Source: Clostridia bacterium
Lineage (GTDB): Bacteria; Bacillota; Clostridia; Oscillospirales; CAG-272
Assembly (NCBI GenBank): GCA_017456005.1
Contig: JAFTLJ010000037.1
Coordinates: 7,808 to 71,807 of the forward strand
Direction of reading: 5' to 3'
Length of the DNA: 64,000 nt
Part shown: positions 45,986 through 53,892 of the stretch, in pieces
Layout of the letters: each line of letters starts with the position of its first letter
Position numbering within the stretch: position 1 is the first letter of the stretch
Program-made: the position numbers and the translations under genes
Notes under the pieces: generated by a model
What the model was told of the DNA's origin: nothing
Seen by the model: only the letters and a program-made list of their open reading frames with translations
Database searches by the model: none

Positions 45986-46019
45986 ATTGCACATAACTGT
46001 TCAAAGAATTTTTAAAAGC

Positions 46020-46301
46020 GTTTGAACGGAGAGAGGCAAAGTACAAAAGCGCACAGAGAAGCGTCGGTCGGTGCAAGACGTTGGTAAGTAGGCTTTGATA
46101 TACACTCCGTAAGCTTCGCGGGGAAACCCTTTGTAAAACGAGGGGAGTATTTGGCGACGGGTGCCACCGTTATACGGCAAAAGCTATTGGCTTTATGAGG
46201 TCTTGCGCGCAAGCGCAGGGCGAAGCAGGGTGGTCCCACGATTTTTGCAATATAAAAATTCGTCCGTGCAACTTTTATAGGTTGCACGGGCTTTTGTTTT
46301 T
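46020..46301 (+). promoter_or_regulatory. T-box riboswitch leader, candidate specifier UAC (Tyr)
   Basis: Stem I with GA/AGUA motifs (ACGGAGAGAGGCAAAGTA) and distal GGTGCAAG loop. Specifier loop GATA-TAC-A (TAC 46101-46103) before CTCCGT. F-box CCGTTA. T-box AGGGTGGTCCCACG (46227-46240). Terminator CCGTGCAAC/GTTGCACGG (46264-46289) followed by a T-run. Confidence 0.88.
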
Positions 46302-46382
46302 ACCGCCCGTTTAATTTTCGATAAAATCCCCAAAAGGGTTTTTATATAAAAATAATTTTTTTAAATACAGGAGAATTTCACA

Positions 46383-47360
46383 ATGAAAAACATCAAAAGA
46401 ATCGTTGCTCTTGCGCTCGCAGCAGCACTCATCGCTTGCTCTTGCCTCGCGTTCACATCTTGCGGCGACGACGGCAAGTACACAATAGGTATCCTTCAGC
46501 TCGTAACACACGACGCTCTCGATGCCGCAACACAGGGCTTCAAAGACGCTGTTATCGAAAAGCTCGGTGCAGAAAACGTTACGTTCATCGAACAGAACGC
46601 AAACAACGAAATCAACCTTTGCAACACTATCGCTACAGACTTTGTTTCCAAAAACGTTGACCTCATCATGGCTAACGCAACACCTGCTCTTCAGGCTGCT
46701 GCTTCCGCAACACTCGATATTCCGATTCTCGGTACATCCGTAACAGAATACGGCGTTGCGCTCAGCATTAAAGATTTCGACGGTCTCGTTGGCGGCAACA
46801 TTTCCGGTACATCCGACCTTGCCCCCCTCGACGAACAGGCTCAGATGATCCTTGACCTCTGCCCCACAGCTACAAAAATCGGTCTTCTTTACTGCTCTGC
46901 GGAAGCAAACTCCCAGTACCAGATCGACGAGATCACAAGAATCCTCGTTGAAAAGGGCGTATCTGCCGACAACATCAAGGCATACCCCTTCACAGACACA
47001 ACAGACCTTACAGCCGTTACAACTGTAGCTGCTGCAAACAGCGACGTTATCTATGTTCCCACAGATAACACAGTTGCAAACAACACAGAAACAATCAACG
47101 CAATCTGCCTCGATGCAAAAACACCCATCGTAGCAGGTGAAGCAGGTATCTGCGGCGGCTGCGGTATCGCAACACTTTCCATCAGCTACTATGACCTCGG
47201 CTACCTCACAGGTGAAATGGCTGCCGAAATTCTCAAAGGCGAAAAGAAAATTTCCAAAATGCCTATTCAGTACGTTACAAAATTTGAAAAGAAATACAAT
47301 GCTGAAAACTGCACAGCTCTCGGTATCACCGTTCCCGAAGGCTATGCTCCCCTCGGCTGA
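46383..47360 (+). CDS. ABC importer substrate-binding lipoprotein (COG2984 / ABC_sub_bind type)
   Basis: Lipobox LAFTSC|G. KYTIGILQLVTHDALD... is typical of this family. Confidence 0.88.
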   Translation: MKNIKRIVALALAAALIACSCLAFTSCGDDGKYTIGILQLVTHDALDAATQGFKDAVIEKLGAENVTFIEQNANNEINLCNTIATDFVSKNVDLIMANATPALQAAASATLDIPILGTSVTEYGVALSIKDFDGLVGGNISGTSDLAPLDEQAQMILDLCPTATKIGLLYCSAEANSQYQIDEITRILVEKGVSADNIKAYPFTDTTDLTAVTTVAAANSDVIYVPTDNTVANNTETINAICLDAKTPIVAGEAGICGGCGIATLSISYYDLGYLTGEMAAEILKGEKKISKMPIQYVTKFEKKYNAENCTALGITVPEGYAPLG

Positions 47361-47387
47361 TAATAAAATTCGGAGATAAATTATACT

Positions 47388-48374
47388 ATGGATATGCTCT
47401 TAAGTCTTTTGCGATCTATGCCCGGCGCCATTTCCTTGGGCCTTATCTGGGGTATAATGGCGATAGGCGTATACGTTACATATAAAGTTCTTGATATTGC
47501 CGACCTTACCGTAGACGGCTCTATCTGTACAGGCGCTTGTGTTTGCGCCATCCTTGCCACAAATGGCGTAAATATTTGGGTAGCGGTGCTTGCCGCTATC
47601 GTTGCGGGTATGCTCGCCGGCTTTATAACGGGCATATTCCATACGGTATTCGGCATACCTGCCATTCTTGCGGGCATTATAACACAGCTCATGCTCTGGT
47701 CCATCAACCTCAAAATACTTGGTAAGGCCAACGTGGGTATAAGCGCGCGCACGATAAAGGTTATTATTACACAGCTTAAAACAAGCAACGCCATAATGGC
47801 GCTTATCGGCTTTGTAACCGTTGTTATCATACTTCTTTACCTTTTCTTTGGTACAGAGCTCGGTTGCTCTCTGCGTGCTACGGGCTGCAACCTTAATATG
47901 AGCCATGCACAGGGTATAAACACGAAAGTAAATAAAATTCTCGGCCTTGTAATTTCCAACGGTATCGTTGCTCTTTCCGGTGCGCTTCTCGCACAGTATC
48001 AGGGCAGTGCGGATATCAATATGGGCAGGGGCGCTATCGTAACAGGCCTTGCAGCCGTTATTATAGGCGAAGCGCTTTGCAGCCATATTTCCATAAACTT
48101 CGGTGTGCGTCTGGCAGGCGTTACGGCAGGCGGCGTGGTATACTATATAGTATATCAGATAATCGTTTGGGCAGGCCTTGACCCCGAGCTCCTAAAGATG
48201 TTCGCGGCTCTCGTTGTTGCGCTCTTCCTTGCTATACCGTACCTCAAGAGCACATACTTCTCTTACACGCCCCAGTTCAAGGCTGAAAGAAAAATGCGCA
48301 AAATACAGGCACGACTTGCCAAAAAAGAAGCACAGCTTGCAAAAAAAGCCGCTAAAAAAGGAGGAAAAGCATAA
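47388..48374 (+). CDS. ABC importer permease (COG4120 type) with Lys-rich C-terminal tail
   Basis: Polytopic membrane protein. Ends ...AERKMRKIQARLAKKEAQLAKKAAKKGGKA. Overlaps the ATPase start. Confidence 0.88.
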   Translation: MDMLLSLLRSMPGAISLGLIWGIMAIGVYVTYKVLDIADLTVDGSICTGACVCAILATNGVNIWVAVLAAIVAGMLAGFITGIFHTVFGIPAILAGIITQLMLWSINLKILGKANVGISARTIKVIITQLKTSNAIMALIGFVTVVIILLYLFFGTELGCSLRATGCNLNMSHAQGINTKVNKILGLVISNGIVALSGALLAQYQGSADINMGRGAIVTGLAAVIIGEALCSHISINFGVRLAGVTAGGVVYYIVYQIIVWAGLDPELLKMFAALVVALFLAIPYLKSTYFSYTPQFKAERKMRKIQARLAKKEAQLAKKAAKKGGKA

Positions 48375-49168
48375 TGCTTGAACTCAAAAATATTACTAAA
48401 ACCTTCAATGCCGGCACGGTAAATGAAAAGATCGCACTTAACAATATAAACCTTACGCTTGAAGAAGGCGATTTTGTAACGATAATAGGCGGCAACGGCG
48501 CAGGTAAATCCACCATGCTGAATGCCATTGCGGGCGTTTGGCTCCCCGACCATGGCTCTATTGTGGTAGACGGCGTGGATATAACCGATATGCCCGAATA
48601 CAAGCGCGCAAAGTTCCTGGGCAGAGTTTTCCAGGACCCCAGAATGGGTACGGCAACGGATATGTGGCTGGAAGAAAACCTGGCTCTTGCAAAACGCCGC
48701 GGCAAAAGCCGCACGCTCCGCTGGGCTATAACGAGAAAAGAACGCGATGAATACCGCGATATGCTCAAAGAGCTCGACCTCGGGCTTGAGCACAGACTTA
48801 CCACGAAGATGGGTCTTTTCTCCGGCGGTCAGCGCCAGGCGGTAACGCTTCTTATGGCGACGATGCAGAAGCCGAAGCTTCTTCTTCTCGACGAGCACAC
48901 GGCCGCGCTCGACCCTAAAACGGCGGCAAAGGTGCTGGAGCTCACAGATAAATTTATCAAAGAGGGCAACCTCACAGCTCTCATGGTAACGCATAATATG
49001 AAGGATGCCATTGCACATGGCAACCGCCTTATTATGATGAACCAGGGCAGGATAATCCTCGATATCAAGGGTGAGGAAAAGAAGAACCTTACGGTTGAAA
49101 TGTTGCTCGAACAATTTGCGAAAGCGAGCGGCACGGAATTTATGAACGACCGTGCGCTCCTCGGATAA
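48374..49168 (+). CDS. ABC importer ATP-binding protein (COG1101 type)
   Basis: GGNGAGKST, FSGGQRQA and LLLLDEHTAALD motifs. Confidence 0.92.
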   Translation: MLELKNITKTFNAGTVNEKIALNNINLTLEEGDFVTIIGGNGAGKSTMLNAIAGVWLPDHGSIVVDGVDITDMPEYKRAKFLGRVFQDPRMGTATDMWLEENLALAKRRGKSRTLRWAITRKERDEYRDMLKELDLGLEHRLTTKMGLFSGGQRQAVTLLMATMQKPKLLLLDEHTAALDPKTAAKVLELTDKFIKEGNLTALMVTHNMKDAIAHGNRLIMMNQGRIILDIKGEEKKNLTVEMLLEQFAKASGTEFMNDRALLG

Positions 49169-49175
49169 AAAGTAT

Positions 49176-49205
49176 TAAAAAAGACCTCGAAAGAGGTCTT
49201 TTTTG
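49176..49205 (+). terminator. rho-independent terminator
   Basis: AAAAAAGACCTC-GAAA-GAGGTCTTTTTT hairpin. Confidence 0.85.
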
Positions 49206-49214
49206 CGTTTTAAT

Positions 49215-49716
49215 GAGCAAAAATCGCTTTCGCGATTTTTGAAATATTATATTCGCGCTTTTCTTTGTTTGAAAGAAAAGTCGCGGCAAAAGAAGCAAAA
49301 AAACTTGCAGTTTTATCGCTAAGTTCTGCGGAGAACTATGGCGAGAGCGGCTCCCCGCACGAATTTTCACTCGCTTACTCGCAAAAATTGTGCGGAACCG
49401 CGCCGCTGATTTCAAAGTGAAAAAAATGCTTTCTGCAAAGTGGTGCGAACAAAGTTTTGGCTTAATATTTCTCGCTCATATCTGAACCACTATTGCGGGA
49501 CGAAACGGCTATGGAATTAGCACACACCAATAGCCGTGGGAGAAAAAATTGCTTGGATACTGTTTCGGCTTGTGGTGTTCGCTGTGCGTGATAAATTTCG
49601 GATTGCCTTGAGCGAGAAATGCCGCTAAAGCCGGCGAGTCTTTTTTCTTCTTTTTGCCTCTTTTTCTTTAAACAAGAAAAAGAGTATAAGCTCCCAAGAG
49701 CGCGGAGCGCTCTTTG
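49215..49716 (+). repeat. interspersed palindrome-rich element, copy C (full length, ~500 bp)
   Basis: Same 5' module, internal CACGAATTTTCACTC..CGCAAAAATTGTGCGGAACC block and 3' module as copy B. The central ~230 nt is unrelated to B. Lies between two convergent terminators. Confidence 0.8.
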
Positions 49717-49727
49717 AAGTAATTAAG

Positions 49728-49760
49728 AATAAAAAAGGAACGGTGCAAGCCGTTCCTTTC
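49728..49760 (-). terminator. rho-independent terminator after the EF-G paralog
   Basis: AAAGGAACGG-TGCAAG-CCGTTCCTTT hairpin with a T-run on the minus strand. Confidence 0.8.
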
Positions 49761-49767
49761 TGTGAAA

Positions 49768-51840
49768 TTATTCTTTGTTTGCTTCTGCAATAACCTTCTG
49801 TGCTATCATATCGGGCACTTCTTCGTATCTTTCGAAGTCGAACGTGTAGCTGCCGCGGCCCTGCGTGATAGCGCGGAGCTGAGCTGCAAAATCGTTCATT
49901 TCGGCAAACGGAGCTTCCGCTTCTATAACCTGTTCGCCCTTCTTTTCCGTGTGTTCCATACCGAGCACTCTGCCGCGGCGTTTTGTTATAGCGCCCATAA
50001 TGTCGCCGAGCATATCGGAGGGGGCGTAAACCGCAAGCTTGCCGTAGGGCTCGAGAATGATGGGTTTTGCTTTCGCAAGGCCAACCTTATATGCCATATT
50101 AGCGGCAACCTTGAACGCCATTTCAGAGGAGTCTACGGGGTGGTAGGAACCGTCGTAGAGGTCGCATTTAAGGCTCTTAACGGGGAAGCCCGCAAGAACA
50201 CCTTCCTGCATGGATTCGAGCAAGCCTTTTTCTACAGCGGGGTAGAAGTTTTTGGGAACCGTGCCGCCTACAACAGACTGTGCGAACTCGAGACCGTCTT
50301 TTTCGCCGGGAGCAAAGCGAACCTTGATATGACCGTACTGACCGTGGCCGCCGGACTGTTTTTTGTATTTCGCTTCTGTGTCTGCCGTGCCTTTGATGGC
50401 TTCGCGGTATGCTATTTTCGGTTTGGAAAGCGTTACTTCTACGCCGAAACGTGTTTTGAGGCGGGACATAGTAACTTCAAGGTGCATATCACCCTGGCCG
50501 TAGATGACCTGTTCCTTTGTTTCTGCGTTGTTTTCGTATTTGATAGAGGGGTCTTCTTCCAGAAGTCTTGCAATACCTGCGGCAATTTTGTCTTCATCGC
50601 CTTTTGCTTTGGGCTTGATAGCCATCTGCATGAAGGATGTGGGGAATTTTATTGCCGTGTATTTATACATATTCGGGTTTGTGGAAAGCGTGTCGTTTGT
50701 GTTTGTATTGGCAAGCTTCGCCGTCATACCGATGTCGCCCGCGCAAAGCACGTCAACCTCTGTCTGTTTTTTGCCGCAGAGAGTGTACATACGGGAGATC
50801 TTTTCCGTGCCGCCCGTCGTGAGGTTGTTGAGCACGGTATCCTTTGTGAGCTCGCCCGTCATAACCTTGAAGTAGGACATTTTACCAACGAACGGGTCTG
50901 CAACCGTTTTGAAAACGAGAATGGATGTGTTGCCTGTTTCCGTGATACGGAAGTATTTCATGCCTTCGTCTGTCATGATCTTTTCCGCGCGGCGGGAAAT
51001 GGGGCTGGGGAAGGTGTCTACTATTGTGTCGAGAAGCAAGCGGATGCCCCAAAGGTTTGTGGCGGAAACGGGGATAACGGGGGAAATGGAACCATCGAGG
51101 AAGCCTTTTGTGAGCGCTTCGTTTATTTCTTCAGTGGTGAAAGCTTCGCCCTCGAAGAATTTTTCCATAAGCTCGTCGCTTGTTTCTGCGAGAGATTCCA
51201 TAAGCATGTTGCGGTAGAGCTCTACCTTTGCGGAATATTCTTCGGGAATTTCCGTCTGCTGGCGCGTACCCGTGCCGTCTGCCTTGTATGTATACTTGCA
51301 GAGGTTTATGAGGTCTATGATGCCTTCCTTGCCCTTAACCTCGTTTACGGGGAGGTAGATGGGGCAGGCGGTGTGACCGAACGTATCGCGGATCTGCTTG
51401 AACACCTTTTCAAATTTAACCGCGGGGTCGTCTACCTTATTTATAACGAATGCGTGGGGAACGTCTGCTTCGTTTGCGCGGTCGAGCGCTATTTCCGTGC
51501 CAACCTCGACACCTGCCGCACCGTCTACAACGATAAGCGCGGAAGCCGCTACGCGCAGAGCCTCCAAAATACCGCCGGAGAAATCGAAATATCCGGGCGT
51601 GTCGATAAGGTTTATTTTTGTGTTTTTCCAATCCATGTTTGCCACGGAAGAGCAAACGGAGAAGCCTCTTTTTACAGATTCTGCATCGAAATCGCAAACC
51701 GTGTTGCCTTCGCTGACCTTGCCGAGTCTGTCTGTACGGTTGGCTATATAGAGCATTGCTTCCGCAATACTTGTTTTACCTGCGCCGGAGTGACCGAGCA
51801 AGCATACGTTTCTAATATCTTGTGCGAGAGTTTTAGCCAT
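49768..51840 (-). CDS. elongation factor G paralog (EF-G2-like translational GTPase)
   Basis: 690 aa. G1 GHSGAGKTS, DTPGYFDF, INKVD, and EF-G domains II-V. Monocistronic and not in an rpsL-rpsG-fusA-tuf context. Confidence 0.88.
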   Translation of the reverse strand: MAKTLAQDIRNVCLLGHSGAGKTSIAEAMLYIANRTDRLGKVSEGNTVCDFDAESVKRGFSVCSSVANMDWKNTKINLIDTPGYFDFSGGILEALRVAASALIVVDGAAGVEVGTEIALDRANEADVPHAFVINKVDDPAVKFEKVFKQIRDTFGHTACPIYLPVNEVKGKEGIIDLINLCKYTYKADGTGTRQQTEIPEEYSAKVELYRNMLMESLAETSDELMEKFFEGEAFTTEEINEALTKGFLDGSISPVIPVSATNLWGIRLLLDTIVDTFPSPISRRAEKIMTDEGMKYFRITETGNTSILVFKTVADPFVGKMSYFKVMTGELTKDTVLNNLTTGGTEKISRMYTLCGKKQTEVDVLCAGDIGMTAKLANTNTNDTLSTNPNMYKYTAIKFPTSFMQMAIKPKAKGDEDKIAAGIARLLEEDPSIKYENNAETKEQVIYGQGDMHLEVTMSRLKTRFGVEVTLSKPKIAYREAIKGTADTEAKYKKQSGGHGQYGHIKVRFAPGEKDGLEFAQSVVGGTVPKNFYPAVEKGLLESMQEGVLAGFPVKSLKCDLYDGSYHPVDSSEMAFKVAANMAYKVGLAKAKPIILEPYGKLAVYAPSDMLGDIMGAITKRRGRVLGMEHTEKKGEQVIEAEAPFAEMNDFAAQLRAITQGRGSYTFDFERYEEVPDMIAQKVIAEANKE

Positions 51841-52052
51841 AATATTTAAGCTCCTTATTTGAAAAATCTATAAAGGATTTTCTGAAAAAATCCGTTCACG
51901 ATATCTATTATATAGTAAAACCGTGCGCTTTACAAGGAAAATTATTGTATATTTTTCGCAAACAACAGAGAAAAATTTCTTATAGGTTTGTATATATTTC
52001 ACATAAATTACGTTTTAAGAGCCGAAAACGACAAAAAATAAGGAAAAATGTA

Positions 52053-52081
52053 TTGACAACTCCTCCGGGGGAAAGTATAAT
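52053..52081 (+). promoter_or_regulatory. sigma-A type promoter
   Basis: TTGACA (52053-52058), 17 nt, TATAAT (52076-52081). Confidence 0.65.
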
Positions 52082-52119
52082 TATAGTTGTATCTTTATAT
52101 TTGAATGGAGGAATTTAAA

Positions 52120-52317
52120 ATGCAGGTTACAAAAAATTCTGTTATAGGTGATGTTCTTGATATGGCTCCCGAAACAGCACAGTTTTTCTTTGAAATAGGA
52201 ATGCACTGCCTCGGTTGCCCTTCCGCACGCAGCGAAAGCATCGAAATGGCTTGCGCAGTTCACGGTACAGACGCAGACGAGCTCGTTGCTAAAATCAACG
52301 CTTTTCTTGCGAAATAA
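52120..52317 (+). CDS. DUF1858 / hybrid-cluster-protein-associated redox disulfide domain protein (65 aa)
   Basis: ATG at 52120 lies 8 nt after GGAGG. GMHCLGCP motif. Confidence 0.75.
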   Translation: MQVTKNSVIGDVLDMAPETAQFFFEIGMHCLGCPSARSESIEMACAVHGTDADELVAKINAFLAK

Positions 52318-52393
52318 GCATTTTAAGAACACGACAAAATCCCCCTTTTCCGCTTTCTGCGGGAAAGAGGGATTTCTTTGAAAGGTAATACAT

Positions 52394-53098
52394 ATGGAAA
52401 TTACAGCAAGACTTATGGCTGTGGCATCCTTCGTGCGCGAGGGGGCGTACCTTTGCGATGTGGGCACAGACCACGCATATTTGCCCATCTACCTTGCCGA
52501 AAACGGCAGAATACGCGCGTGCCTTGCCTCCGATATACACGAGGGGCCGTGCGAAAGCGCGCGAGCGCACATCGCGGCAAACGGCTTTGCCGATATTATA
52601 AAGGTAAAACGCGCAGATGGCCTCAGCGGCTTTACACCCTGCGGAAAAACAGATATTGTTATAGCCGGCATGGGCGGCGCGCTCATATGCGAGATTTTGG
52701 AAAAGGCAGAGGGTATAAAAACGGGCGATGTACGCCTTATTTTGCAGCCCATGCGCAACGTGCCGGATTTGCGTGCATATCTCTATGAAAACGGTTTTGA
52801 TATAACGGGCGAAAAGCTCGCGCGCGAGGAAGAGCGCATATACGAGATAATATGTGCCGAATACAGCGGCGAAAAACGCACCGCGAGCAAGCTTTCGCTT
52901 TTGCTCGGGGAAAAGAATATAGAAAACAAAGCACAAGACAAAGCGCTCTTTTACGCCTTTTGCGAAAAGCAGGCGGCGGCGCTGGAAAAAAAGATAGCGG
53001 GAATGCGCACGGGCGGTGCGGACACGGGCGCAGAGGAAGAGCTGCTTCGAGAGTGCAGAATGCAGAGTGCAGAGTGCAGAGTGCTGAATGAAAAGTGA
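52394..53098 (+). CDS. trmK: tRNA (adenine22-N1)-methyltransferase
   Basis: L.DVGTDHAYLPIYL and IAGMGG motifs, with a nif3-family gene downstream as in B. subtilis yqfN-yqfO. The last ~16 codons lie inside a heptamer repeat array. Confidence 0.88.
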   Translation: MEITARLMAVASFVREGAYLCDVGTDHAYLPIYLAENGRIRACLASDIHEGPCESARAHIAANGFADIIKVKRADGLSGFTPCGKTDIVIAGMGGALICEILEKAEGIKTGDVRLILQPMRNVPDLRAYLYENGFDITGEKLAREEERIYEIICAEYSGEKRTASKLSLLLGEKNIENKAQDKALFYAFCEKQAAALEKKIAGMRTGGADTGAEEELLRECRMQSAECRVLNEK

Positions 53099-53099
53099 A
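53051..53099. repeat. tandem heptanucleotide array (7 units, GARTGMW)
   Basis: GAGTGCA GAATGCA GAGTGCA GAGTGCA GAGTGCT GAATGAA AAGTGAA. Encodes the TrmK C-terminus and its stop, and abuts the nif3 SD. Confidence 0.85.
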
Positions 53100-53112
53100 G
53101 GAGGAAAGAACA

Positions 53113-53889
53113 ATGCCTACGATAAAAGAACTTTACGATTATTTGGATAACGAGATACCCCGTGCGCTTTCCTGTGAATGGGATAACGACGGGCTTATGG
53201 TATGCGCCGATGCTTTTGCACGCGCAAAAAAGGTGCTTCTCGCGCTGGATGCGACGGATGCTGTGGCGGAATATGCTGTGGCAAACGGCTTTGACGCCAT
53301 TGTAACACACCACCCCATGATATTTTCGCCTATTTCCGCGCTGAATACGTTTGACCCCGTGGCGCGCAAGGCGATGTTTTTGGCAAAGAACGGCGTGGCT
53401 GTTATGAGCTTCCACACGCGCCTGGACGCGCGCGAGGGCGGTGTTAATGACGTGCTAGCCGCAAAGCTCGGCATTATGAATACAGTACCCTTCGGGCCCG
53501 AGGGGGAGAAGCTGGGCAGAATAGGCAATTTGCCCACGCCCGTGGAATTTCGCCTGTTCTGTGCAAGTGTTTCCGAAGCGCTTGCTTCACCGATGGTAAA
53601 CGCGATAGCGGCAAAGCCCATGGTGCAGAAAATAGCCGTGCTCGGCGGTGGCGGCAAGGATTTTGTGGGCAGCGCCATAGCGGCAGGCGCAGACGTGCTT
53701 GTTACGGGCGAGGTTACGTATAACGTCATGCTTTCGGCAAAGGCAGAGGGGCTCTGTCTTGTTACGGCGGGGCATTACCACACGGAGCGCCCCGTGCTTT
53801 GCGCACTTTACAAAATGATAAAAGAAAAATATGAAGAAATCGAGGTAACGGAATACCCCTTTGATACGGAGATATTCACTGTTAAATAA
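53113..53889 (+). CDS. Nif3-like dinuclear metal centre protein (YqfO family)
   Basis: ATG at 53113 follows GAAGGAGG. THHPMIF, SFHTRLD and AGHYHTE motifs. Confidence 0.9.
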   Translation: MPTIKELYDYLDNEIPRALSCEWDNDGLMVCADAFARAKKVLLALDATDAVAEYAVANGFDAIVTHHPMIFSPISALNTFDPVARKAMFLAKNGVAVMSFHTRLDAREGGVNDVLAAKLGIMNTVPFGPEGEKLGRIGNLPTPVEFRLFCASVSEALASPMVNAIAAKPMVQKIAVLGGGGKDFVGSAIAAGADVLVTGEVTYNVMLSAKAEGLCLVTAGHYHTERPVLCALYKMIKEKYEEIEVTEYPFDTEIFTVK

Positions 53890-53892
53890 ATA

